Shown here piece by piece: positions 19,570 through 28,526 of a stretch of DNA of 64,000 bases (positions are counted from its first letter, which is position 1; every line of letters starts with the position of its first letter). Location: the NCBI GenBank assembly GCA_015057635.1, contig SVEB01000050.1, positions 5,682-69,681 on the forward strand, in the 5' to 3' direction. The position numbers and the translations under genes are program-made. The notes beneath the pieces were generated by a model. It searched no databases. It saw nothing but the letters and a program-made list of their open reading frames with translations, and was not told where the DNA came from. This stretch comes from Lachnospiraceae bacterium (GTDB taxonomy: Bacteria; Bacillota; Clostridia; Lachnospirales; Lachnospiraceae).

Positions 19570-20508
19570 ATGAGTACTGTTGTAAAAGTTGAAAACCTGG
19601 TAAAACGCTATCAGAATTTAGTTGCCCTTGATCATATGAACTTATCGATTGAGGAGGGCGAGATCTTCGGTCTGCTTGGCCCAAACGGTTCTGGCAAGAC
19701 AACTGCCATGAACTGCATCTTAGCGCTCTTAAAGTATGACAAGGGCAATATCGAAGTATTTGGAAAGCCGATGAACCCAGATAGCTATGAATTAAAAAGG
19801 AGAATCGGCGTGGTGCTTCAGAACGTAGCCGTATTCGACGAACTGACCGTTTATGAGAATATTGATTATTTCTGCGGACTCTATGTTTCGAATAAAAATA
19901 CAAGAAAACAGATGGTGGAAGATGCCATTCATTTTGTAGGTCTGGATGAATTCCGCAAGTTCTATCCAAAGAAATTATCCGGCGGCCTTTTAAGAAGACT
20001 GAACATTGCCTGCGGAATTGCTCATAAACCGGATCTGATCTTTATGGATGAACCGACGGTAGCCGTAGATCCGCAAAGCCGCAATAAAATTCTCGAAGGC
20101 ATCCAGGAACTGAATAAAAATGGCGCAACTATCATCTATACTTCCCACTACATGGAAGAAGTCGAACAGATCTGCTCTAAGATAGCAATCATCGACAAAG
20201 GGAAGAATGTAGCTTATGGAACAAAAGAGGAATTAAAGGCAATGATCAAAACCGGAGAGACCATTTCCATTGACGTGCTTTCTCTTCCGGAAGAGAATCT
20301 TGCCTGCATCAAGACACTTCCTCATGTATATCAGCTTGACTATGATCATAAACAGCTGAAGATCCGCTACAGCGGCGGAAAACATAATGTCATTCGTATC
20401 TTAGATTACTTGAAGAATCAGGATATTTCATTCGGAAGAGTCTATTCCGAGCTTCCGACATTAAACGATGTGTTCCTTGAAATTACAGGGAAAGCATTAC
20501 GGGATTAG
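19570..20508 (+). CDS. ABC-2 type exporter, ATP-binding protein
   Basis: GPNGSGKTT, LSGG, IFMDEPT. Start moved to MSTVVKVENL at 19570; 19525 is an alternative. Confidence 0.95.
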   Translation: MSTVVKVENLVKRYQNLVALDHMNLSIEEGEIFGLLGPNGSGKTTAMNCILALLKYDKGNIEVFGKPMNPDSYELKRRIGVVLQNVAVFDELTVYENIDYFCGLYVSNKNTRKQMVEDAIHFVGLDEFRKFYPKKLSGGLLRRLNIACGIAHKPDLIFMDEPTVAVDPQSRNKILEGIQELNKNGATIIYTSHYMEEVEQICSKIAIIDKGKNVAYGTKEELKAMIKTGETISIDVLSLPEENLACIKTLPHVYQLDYDHKQLKIRYSGGKHNVIRILDYLKNQDISFGRVYSELPTLNDVFLEITGKALRD

Positions 20509-20518
20509 GAGGTTAATT

Positions 20519-21655
20519 ATGATGTTTCATTTATTCAGATATCGGCTCAAAGCACTGCTTGGAGATAAAAAGCTTTTATTCTGGCTTCTTCTCTTCCCAC
20601 TTTCCTTAGCAACCTTATTTAAGTTAACTCTTGGTGACGGAACAGATGTTACGGATCAGTTTTCCACCATCCCCATCGCTGTCGTGGTGGAACAGGAAGA
20701 AGGATCTGATACCTTTCTTTCTACCGTGGAAAAGATTCAAAATGGAGAGAACCCTCTTTTTTTAGTGAAAAATGTGTCAAAGGAGGAGGCATTCTCCTTA
20801 CTCGATGATAAAAGCATAAACGGAATTATTACTTATGGTTCTTCCATTGAGCTTACGGTAGGCAAAAGCGGACTGGAAGAAAGCATTGTAAAATCCTTTG
20901 TAGAACAGTATAAGCGAAGCAACGCAATCCTTACCGATATTGCCATTCATCATCCTGAAAAACTGGAAAATGCGATGAGCATGCTGACAGACGGAAACAG
21001 CTATTTAAATTCCGTATCCCTTGGCGGCGAATCCATTTCCTCAAACTATCAGTATTATTACGCATTGATTGCCATGACCTGTATCTACGGCTGTTTTCTT
21101 GGCACCAAGAACAGCACGGATGTCTTAGCAAACTTATCCCCTCTTGCAGCCAGAAGAACCATCACACCGACTCATAAGATGAAACTGATTCTCTCCGATT
21201 TAGCCGCTGCCCTGGTGATTCATTTTGCAGAGATCCTGTTAGTTGTATGCTATATCCGATTTATCCTCGGCGTTAACATTGCAGTGAAGCCGGCCCTATT
21301 CTTCCTGGCATGCTTCTTCGGAAGCCTGATTGGCATCTGCATCGGACAGTTTATCGGTGCCATCTCAAAAGGAAGCGAAAACTTAAAGATGTCAATCAGC
21401 GTTGCCGTTTCCATGCTGCTAAGTTTTCTAAGCGGCCTGATGGTAGCAGAGATCAAAGATATGATTGCACAAAAAGCACCTATTATCAATTCGATCAATC
21501 CCAATGCGCTGATTACGGATATGTTCTACAGTCTGACTGTGTATGATGATTATACCCGCTATATAAAAAGCCTGATTTCCCTTATCATCCTGGCAGCCAT
21601 CCTGTTAATCGGAAACTTTCTTGTTATTAGGAGGGAACGTTATGCAAGTATTTAA
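20519..21655 (+). CDS. ABC-2 type exporter permease
   Basis: N-terminal TM, large extracellular loop, five C-terminal TMs; AGGAGG RBS before ATG 20519. Confidence 0.9.
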   Translation: MMFHLFRYRLKALLGDKKLLFWLLLFPLSLATLFKLTLGDGTDVTDQFSTIPIAVVVEQEEGSDTFLSTVEKIQNGENPLFLVKNVSKEEAFSLLDDKSINGIITYGSSIELTVGKSGLEESIVKSFVEQYKRSNAILTDIAIHHPEKLENAMSMLTDGNSYLNSVSLGGESISSNYQYYYALIAMTCIYGCFLGTKNSTDVLANLSPLAARRTITPTHKMKLILSDLAAALVIHFAEILLVVCYIRFILGVNIAVKPALFFLACFFGSLIGICIGQFIGAISKGSENLKMSISVAVSMLLSFLSGLMVAEIKDMIAQKAPIINSINPNALITDMFYSLTVYDDYTRYIKSLISLIILAAILLIGNFLVIRRERYASI

Positions 21656-22805
21656 AGCATTTTTTCGAATTACCAAACGTGAGATCACAACGTGCCTTAT
21701 TAATCTCGGCGTATTCGTTGCACTGGCCGTTATGATCATGAACAGCAATACAAGTGCAGTGGAAGATTCCTTTCAGGAGGCGGATATTCCAATCGCCATT
21801 GTAGACCGTGATCATAGTGCAGAGAGTGAAGCAGTTGAAGAGTACCTGAATTCTACTTATCATACAGTTTCTGTAAATGATTCCAAAGACGACCTTCAGG
21901 ATGCCCTGTTCTTCCGTGATATCACATATCTTGTCATCCTCCCGGAAGGCTTTTCGGAATCTCTTTATAAAGAAGATGTTTCCCTCGCTGACACGGTTAA
22001 GGTTCCGGATTCCTATACTTCCATCTATACGGATATTGATCTAGAACAGTTTTTCTCCACTTTAAAACTTTATGTAAATAGCGGCTACACCGTTTCAGAA
22101 GCATTAGACTCCATTGATCAGGCCTCAAAAGTATCGGAAACATCCGTCACCTTACGGCTGAGGGAACATGCAACCGAAAATCATTCCAAGACTTATTACT
22201 ACTTCCGCCTTCTGCCATATCCACTTTTGGCACTGGTCATCAGCTGCATCAGTCTCCTGCTTTTAAACTTTAATAAAACAGATATCAAACGCCGTTCGCT
22301 CTGTTCTTCCCTAACGCTTTACAGCCGGAATGCGCAGCTGACCATCGCAAGCCTTATCCTTTCCCTTATATTCTTTACAGTTACAATGGGAATCGGATAT
22401 ATCTTAACAAAAGGAACGCTCTTTGAATCCTCTATCTGGATTTATTACATGATAAACGGACTGATCATGACATTCACCAGCCTTTCTATCGCTTATCTGA
22501 TCGGCATCAGCATTAGCTCCGCAGAGCAGGTCAGCATGATTGGCAATATCGTTTCCCTGTCCTTATGTTTCCTGGGCGGCATCTTTGTTCCGCTTTCCAT
22601 GATCAGCACGAAGGTACAGTATTTCGCAAGAATCCTTCCGACTTACTGGTATACGAAGATCAATCAGACACTCGGCGGATATACCGTTCTTCCTTCTGCA
22701 TTAAGAAAAGATATATTCGGCCAATATCTGCTTCAGCTTCTGACCGGCTTCTGTATCTTCTGTATCGCTCTTTTGATCAGTAAGCAGAAAACCCAGAGAG
22801 CCTAA
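21642..22805 (+). CDS. ABC-2 type exporter permease
   Basis: IAIVDRDHS, FLGGIFVP...ARILPTYW; GGAGG RBS before ATG 21642. Confidence 0.9.
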   Translation: MQVFKAFFRITKREITTCLINLGVFVALAVMIMNSNTSAVEDSFQEADIPIAIVDRDHSAESEAVEEYLNSTYHTVSVNDSKDDLQDALFFRDITYLVILPEGFSESLYKEDVSLADTVKVPDSYTSIYTDIDLEQFFSTLKLYVNSGYTVSEALDSIDQASKVSETSVTLRLREHATENHSKTYYYFRLLPYPLLALVISCISLLLLNFNKTDIKRRSLCSSLTLYSRNAQLTIASLILSLIFFTVTMGIGYILTKGTLFESSIWIYYMINGLIMTFTSLSIAYLIGISISSAEQVSMIGNIVSLSLCFLGGIFVPLSMISTKVQYFARILPTYWYTKINQTLGGYTVLPSALRKDIFGQYLLQLLTGFCIFCIALLISKQKTQRA

Positions 22806-22865
22806 CTCATATCATTCTGACAATATCATAAATTAAGCACTTCTTTTCAATCCGTGCAAATAATC

Positions 22866-22911
22866 AATCGGCTGCCACACTTTGATACGCTTCTAAGTGT
22901 GGCAGCCGATT
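22866..22911 (+). terminator. Terminator-like hairpin of the ABC operon
   Basis: 17-bp perfect stem aatcggctgccacactt / aagtgtggcagccgatt followed by T-rich sequence. Confidence 0.7.
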
Positions 22912-23328
22912 TGTTTCTATTACTCTTGTTTCGCAACCTTGCTCCAAACACATTTTAAGCTATTTCAAAATGTGAATACCTTATAAACTATTTTTAATAA
23001 GAATACCTTATGAACTATTTCAGCCCTTAATCCTAACGTATGCTAGGAAATAGGTACTAAAATTTTTACTTTTTCTAAATTTATTTTCCATTATTTGTAT
23101 TTTGTGGTATAATATATTACAAATTCAGATATAAATTTTATTCTTTCGTGTTTTCGGTGTATAAAAAATGGGGGCCGGAATATTCTAAAAGAGTAATTAT
23201 TTTAAGCTGAAGAAACCATCGTAAGCATGGATCTTGATTTTATTATCTTGCCTACAGATACATAACTACAGATTATAAGATTTTACCTGCCTGAAGATGA
23301 CTATTAATAATAGTAAAGGAGAATGCAT

Positions 23329-23724
23329 ATGATATCCAATAAAAGAGTAATCAATCTATTTATAGAAGAAGGTTACAATGATAAGAATTTCAGCGCTGTA
23401 ATGCAATTGCTTTCTGCGGACTATATCGATCACAGCCCGGCCGGCAGTTCCTCTCCCGAAGCGGCTATTGACACTTTAAAGCAGGTTACCGCTGCCTTTC
23501 CTGATCTGCACGCCGAGATTCTTGATCTTGTAGAAGAAAACAACAAGGTAGTGGGAAGATTTCTGTTCACCGGAACACATAAAGGTGACTATATGGGCAT
23601 CCCCGCCAGCGGAAACACCATTTCATTCGAATCGATTGAGATGTTTTTCCTTGAAGATTCTAAAATCATAGAGTCCTGGGGATATTGGCCAGACAGCTCT
23701 ATTCTAAAACAGCTCACAAAATAG
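23329..23724 (+). CDS. SnoaL-like (NTF2 fold) ester cyclase family protein
   Basis: AFPDLHAEILDL, GTHKGDYMGIPASG. ATG 23329 is better spaced from the AGGAG RBS than ATG 23323. Confidence 0.88.
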   Translation: MISNKRVINLFIEEGYNDKNFSAVMQLLSADYIDHSPAGSSSPEAAIDTLKQVTAAFPDLHAEILDLVEENNKVVGRFLFTGTHKGDYMGIPASGNTISFESIEMFFLEDSKIIESWGYWPDSSILKQLTK

Positions 23725-23740
23725 ATCATAATAAGAAGCC

Positions 23741-23785
23741 AAAAGGTGCTGCCACATTTTTCGTGTGGCGGCACCTTTTGTTTTT
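23741..23785. terminator. Bidirectional intrinsic terminator
   Basis: aaaaggtgctgccaca / tgtggcggcacctttt between convergent genes. Confidence 0.8.
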
Positions 23786-23894
23786 GAAACCTAACTTTGT
23801 CTAAGCCTAGTTCTGTTAGAAATTAATTTTTCCGGAATCAGATTTTGTTAAAATCTCGTTTTATTAAAACCTGATTTTATTGCGCGCTGATATT

Positions 23895-24521
23895 CTATTG
23901 CATGACTGCAGTCTCCGGCTTGGTGTTAGCAATAATCCCTTCAATCTGTTTTACAAGCTCCGGGTAATCTACACCTGTAAAATCTGTAGTATCGACCAAA
24001 ACAGTCTTTCCTAATGAGAACTCTGAAATTCCCATGGAATGAATCCATTCCCGGAACTCTTCTAACGGTATCGGCGGCGGACAGCTGTCATTCCTGTCAT
24101 TCTGTGAATCGTAGCCTACGGCTGCATGTCCTCTGTGTCTTTCCGGGGACATCTCTCTCTCCATATAACGCTGATATACGGCGTCCATCTGTCCCTGAAA
24201 CAAAACAGTCAGAATTTCATAAGAATATTTCTTTGCCAGTGCATTCAGCTCTTCTTTCTCTCTGTCATGAAATACATTCTCCAAGATGATATTTCCGCCA
24301 GTACGCATCTGGGCTTCTGCCATATAATACAAAAGATGATTGCTTGCAATGCCAAGCTTCCGTTTCTCCACAGAGGACCGAAAGCCAACTTGATCAAATA
24401 AGATTTCTTTCACTTGATCCTTGCATGCTCTTGGAACCCCTATTTTTTTGCTCAGATACTCTGCAAATGTAGCTTTCCCGGTTGCAGGCATTCCGGCAAT
24501 TAAAATCAGATATCTTCCCAT
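23895..24521 (-). CDS. P-loop nucleotide/sugar kinase-like protein (AAA_33 type)
   Basis: LILIAGMPATGKAT, KDQVKEILFD, ILENVF, RHRGH. Confidence 0.75.
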   Translation of the reverse strand: MGRYLILIAGMPATGKATFAEYLSKKIGVPRACKDQVKEILFDQVGFRSSVEKRKLGIASNHLLYYMAEAQMRTGGNIILENVFHDREKEELNALAKKYSYEILTVLFQGQMDAVYQRYMEREMSPERHRGHAAVGYDSQNDRNDSCPPPIPLEEFREWIHSMGISEFSLGKTVLVDTTDFTGVDYPELVKQIEGIIANTKPETAVMQ

Positions 24522-24614
24522 AGCCGCCTCCCCTTATATTTACCATAATTTTAGTGGAAATTAAAGTAAGTATAGCACAGCATTTTTGGATCCTCAAGAA
24601 AACATTTGTAAAAT

Positions 24615-25991
24615 TTAACTAAAGAAATTCTGTGTACAGTAATTACCGTAAGAGCCGCCTAATGCATAACCGGCACCCAAGTTTGTAAAGGAAGTATTCA
24701 GCATATTGCTTCTGTGTCCGCTTGAATTCACCCAGCCATTTACAGAATATAATGCATTGCCATATCCTCCGATGATATTCTCACCGGCTGCACGATAGGA
24801 AATTCCTTCTGCTGCCATTCTATCATAGGGACTTCTGCCATCCAATGATGTATGAGAGAAATAGCCTTTTGACGCCATATCCTGGCTGTGTTTTCTGGAA
24901 GAAGAAGCTGCCTCATCAGACCAGGATAATACAGACCGTCCGTTTCTTGCACGAAATGAGTTTGTAAGATCTAATACTTCCTTTTCCCATGCTTTTAATA
25001 CTGCATCCGTTTTACCGGAACTTGTAACATTGGAAGACTCCACGTAAATGCCGTCAATCGTACCGTTTCCAAGGATATCCATAAAGAATGTGATCTTCTG
25101 TCCGTTTGCGCTTACGGTGATTGTCTTAGACAGAGATTTGGATGTATCAAATACGGCATTAATATTGGAAACTGTGGAATTGGTTGTCAGACCACAGTAA
25201 GAAAAATCGTTAGAATCGGTATACCATCCCACTACCTTATCATTTGCGACTGCAATCATCGCAAACTTCGTATAGCTGGAATTATAAACATAATAATTAT
25301 AATTAAATTCTGTCACGTCAGTACGGTTCGGAGAACCTAACTTCGATACGAGAGAACTTTTGGACTCGCCAATAGAAATGGTCTGTCCTTTTATCTGAAT
25401 GGATGCTTCCGAAGACTGATTTTCATTGGAATTCGTATTATCTGATGGTTTCTGAGTCGGTACAGCAGTTGGCTTTACAGTTGCTGTTGGAGCCTTCGTT
25501 GGTACTGCGGTCGGTTTAACCGTTGATACCGGCACTTTCGTTGGCACGGCTGTTGGCTTAACAGCTGATGTCGGTACTTTCGTTGGCGTCGCTGTCTGAT
25601 TCTCAACTACAATCTGATCCATTATGGGTGAGTTTTCTGTCTTGTCAGATTCTGAGATAATTGTAGTATCCACTTGTTCTGATACAGATGTATCAGCAGA
25701 CATAGCCGATGTCATCTCATCTTTTGCAGATGCGAAATCTGCCTCGTCGCTCTGTATGTCCTCTTTTGATGACACTATATTTTCTGTATCTTCCGTATTT
25801 TCCATAGCAGCAGGCTTCTCTTTCGGGTCTGTACTCTCTACTGTCTGATTCACTTTAGTGTCTTGTGATGATGCCAGGGTAGTCTCTGTTTCTGCATCTG
25901 CAGGGTTTGCCAGCAGATCAACACTCTTATTACTGCAAGCAGTCAGTAAGAATGCGGTACAGATGGCAGCCATACATAGTTTTCGTTTCAT
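24615..25991 (-). CDS. Lipoprotein with Pro/Thr linker, CAP-associated N domain and CAP (SCP) domain
   Basis: Lipobox LLTAC after start 25991; C-terminal TNSFRA...HSQDMASKGYFSH...GENI...WVNSSGHRSNML. Confidence 0.88.
   Translation of the reverse strand: MKRKLCMAAICTAFLLTACSNKSVDLLANPADAETETTLASSQDTKVNQTVESTDPKEKPAAMENTEDTENIVSSKEDIQSDEADFASAKDEMTSAMSADTSVSEQVDTTIISESDKTENSPIMDQIVVENQTATPTKVPTSAVKPTAVPTKVPVSTVKPTAVPTKAPTATVKPTAVPTQKPSDNTNSNENQSSEASIQIKGQTISIGESKSSLVSKLGSPNRTDVTEFNYNYYVYNSSYTKFAMIAVANDKVVGWYTDSNDFSYCGLTTNSTVSNINAVFDTSKSLSKTITVSANGQKITFFMDILGNGTIDGIYVESSNVTSSGKTDAVLKAWEKEVLDLTNSFRARNGRSVLSWSDEAASSSRKHSQDMASKGYFSHTSLDGRSPYDRMAAEGISYRAAGENIIGGYGNALYSVNGWVNSSGHRSNMLNTSFTNLGAGYALGGSYGNYCTQNFFS
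25448..25588 (-). repeat. 42-bp coding tandem repeat (PTKVPTSAVKPTAV, about 3.3 copies)
   Basis: ttcgttgg recurs at 25495, 25537 and 25579. Confidence 0.85.
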
Positions 25992-26135
25992 AATAAATCC
26001 TCTTTCTATCCCTTTTCTCTTGTCACATTTCAACATTTTTCTGTCTTTAAATATGTCAATTTTCGACACGTGACATAGATTTATTATAAAGGGGCTGCCC
26101 CTTGATTACAACCTTTCCCATTAGTTCCCTGTTTT

Positions 26136-26909
26136 TTACTCAAAAAGATATTGTGATTCCTGCTCAATCATTTCCAGTATTTCTTCATTTGCTTCGCTGT
26201 TCTTTTCAAATGCAAGTTCACTCTGGCTTACTTGCTCAAACTCCCTTATTTCCCCGCATATATCCACACCAAGGATTTTATGTTTCTCACAGATATGTTC
26301 GTATATTTTTTTTAATTGCCGAACAGTAAGACTTCCCTGATCCCAGTTTGTCTTCACTTCTGACTCATCCAATACATCTTTGTCAATTGAGATATAAACC
26401 GGATACAAGAGCCCCGACTCAGAAAACAGCTCTACGCTCTGTTCCATATCCATGCTGCTTTCACTAAAGCTAATTACTTTTTCCTGATATTCTTTTGGAA
26501 TCTGTCTGATCAGTTCTTCCTTCGCTCCGATCAGAATTACTTTCTGTATGTACACATTTTCGTCTAATACCCGCTTCACCCAGCTTCCGCATGAAAGCAG
26601 CTCCGCAAACATAGATGGCTGAAGGTCGGTATGATGATCGAATAAAACAAGCATAAATGGAACATGAATCTGTTCCAGATATAAATAAGTAACATAATGA
26701 TAATTTCCGGAATCAATATAATGCACATCTGTCTTTTCTGCTTTTTTAAGCCGTTCCCTTATAATCGTTACGGCCTCTTCATCACAATATCCATCTGCGC
26801 CGGAGAGCGTCGTAAAGTCAATCCAGTCATAAGGCATCTTCCTATAAAAATGCTGATGCTTATATGCATTGTCAAAGTTTAAGATTGTCATCTTCCGTTT
26901 CAAATCCAT
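26136..26909 (-). CDS. Arginase/ureohydrolase-fold protein
   Basis: DSGNYHY, LFDHHTD, YISIDKDVLD metal ligands; AAGGAGG RBS before ATG 26909. Confidence 0.8.
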   Translation of the reverse strand: MDLKRKMTILNFDNAYKHQHFYRKMPYDWIDFTTLSGADGYCDEEAVTIIRERLKKAEKTDVHYIDSGNYHYVTYLYLEQIHVPFMLVLFDHHTDLQPSMFAELLSCGSWVKRVLDENVYIQKVILIGAKEELIRQIPKEYQEKVISFSESSMDMEQSVELFSESGLLYPVYISIDKDVLDESEVKTNWDQGSLTVRQLKKIYEHICEKHKILGVDICGEIREFEQVSQSELAFEKNSEANEEILEMIEQESQYLFE

Positions 26910-26990
26910 TCCTCCTTCTATGCTGTTCATTTGATTGTTTTTATGTATTCCTTCTCCGGCGGATGTCCGTCCTAAGACAAGTTCTTTCTT

Positions 26991-27974
26991 TTATGCGATT
27001 CTTAAAGAACAGTCACCTTTCTTTTCGCATTCCCATAAGTTCTCAACACCGCATCGAACCATGCTTTCCACCGCTTCTTTTGTATAAAACGCCATATGCT
27101 GTGTCATCGTCACATTTGGAAACTGGCGCAGATAGGCGATATCACGGTTACTGATAATATCCGAGCGTAAATCTCTGTGATAAAGTCCCTCTTCATATTC
27201 TATCACATCTAAGCCTAACGCTCCAATCTTCTTCGTTTCAATTCCCTTAATCAAAGTAGACAGTTCCATCAGACTTCCTCTTGCTGTATTGATTAAAATA
27301 ACGCCATCTTTCATCTTTGCGAGTGTCTCTTCATTCACCATATGATAGGTATCTTTTGTAAGTGGTGCATGGAAACTGATAATATCGCATCGTTCATAGA
27401 TCTCATCCATAGATGCAAACGTACACATTCCTTCCAGCTCCTTTTTCGGATGTCCTGCATACGCTAAGACCTCACATCCAAATCCCTGCAGATTCCGGAT
27501 AACCGCAGCTCCAATACTTCCTGCACCTACAATACCGATGGTCATATTACGCATCTCTCTTCCCTGAAGTCCTGCCAGCGAATAATCATTCACATTTCCT
27601 CGGAATAAAGCCTGTTTATAATTTCGCATCGCCATCAAAATCAGCATAATCGTATAATCCGCCACCCCGTTCGGTGCATAATTCGCATTGCTGATTACAA
27701 TGCCTGCCTTCGTCGCATAGTCTACATCAATATGATTATAGCCAATCGTACGGGTAGAAACCGCCTTCACTCCATATACCTTCATCCGATCAATCAGATC
27801 CTTATCAAGCTTGCTAAATCCAAGAATGCTTACATACTCAAATCCTTCCAGCAAATGCGCATTCTCCTTAGTCAGCGCATCGCATACGTATGTAATCTCC
27901 ACCTGATATTCCATCTCCGTCTTCTTAAAGCTTTCCAGCTCATCATTTCTCACTTCGAACGCAATGATCTTCAT
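26991..27974 (-). CDS. ldhA: D-lactate dehydrogenase / D-2-hydroxyacid dehydrogenase
   Basis: RTIGYNHID, IGIVGAGSIG, LINTARG, LDVIEYE, TQHMAFYT. Exact substrate not established. Confidence 0.85.
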   Translation of the reverse strand: MKIIAFEVRNDELESFKKTEMEYQVEITYVCDALTKENAHLLEGFEYVSILGFSKLDKDLIDRMKVYGVKAVSTRTIGYNHIDVDYATKAGIVISNANYAPNGVADYTIMLILMAMRNYKQALFRGNVNDYSLAGLQGREMRNMTIGIVGAGSIGAAVIRNLQGFGCEVLAYAGHPKKELEGMCTFASMDEIYERCDIISFHAPLTKDTYHMVNEETLAKMKDGVILINTARGSLMELSTLIKGIETKKIGALGLDVIEYEEGLYHRDLRSDIISNRDIAYLRQFPNVTMTQHMAFYTKEAVESMVRCGVENLWECEKKGDCSLRIA

Positions 27975-28297
27975 CTTAATCCCTCCCGCAGAACTTGTAT
28001 ACATGAATACTTTCTATAATAAATACCATGTATTCCAAAATTAATCAAATACTTACTTTAAATCAATACCACGTCACAGCGTCACATTGCTTTCTCGCTC
28101 CATCTCGACTGCCTTTATTTATACTGTCTTCCACTCCTCTATCCTGCGCTCAATGCCTCCCCTCATCAATCCCACTCCCTGTTCCTTTGCATCCATCCCC
28201 TACCTTCAAAATCCTTCCCCCCGCTCCAAAGTCCTTCCAACTCTCTTTAAAATCCTCCCCAAACCCTTCCTCCGGTATTCTCAGTAAACAAGCGAGC

Positions 28298-28512
28298 GAA
28301 TCGGCCAAGGAAAGAAGAAGAACCTGTATGCGTGGTCGCCTAGTTCCAAATGTCCGGCTCATAACGAACAAAAGACTCTGCTTCCTTTGACTATCAGACA
28401 GTGTATTTTACTGTCCGATAGTCAAAGGAAGCAGAGTCTTTTATTCATGTGTCCGAACATTTGGAACTAGGCGGTCGTGCCTACAGGCTGTCCCTCTTTC
28501 CTTGTCCGATTC
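28298..28512. repeat. Long palindromic intergenic element, copy B
   Basis: Core ctatcagacag(28391-28401)-tgtatttta-ctgtccgatag(28411-28421); perfect 17-bp stem gactctgcttcctttga / tcaaaggaagcagagtc; outer arms reach gaatcggccaagg / ccttgtccgattc. Confidence 0.9.
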
Positions 28513-28526
28513 CCTATTCCGTATTT

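Noticed and set aside
25448-25588. 42-bp repeats as a CRISPR-like array
   Set aside because: They are in-frame coding Pro/Thr repeats without spacers.
28005-28080. Rex operator upstream of ldhA
   Set aside because: No TTGTGAA-N4-TTCACAA match.
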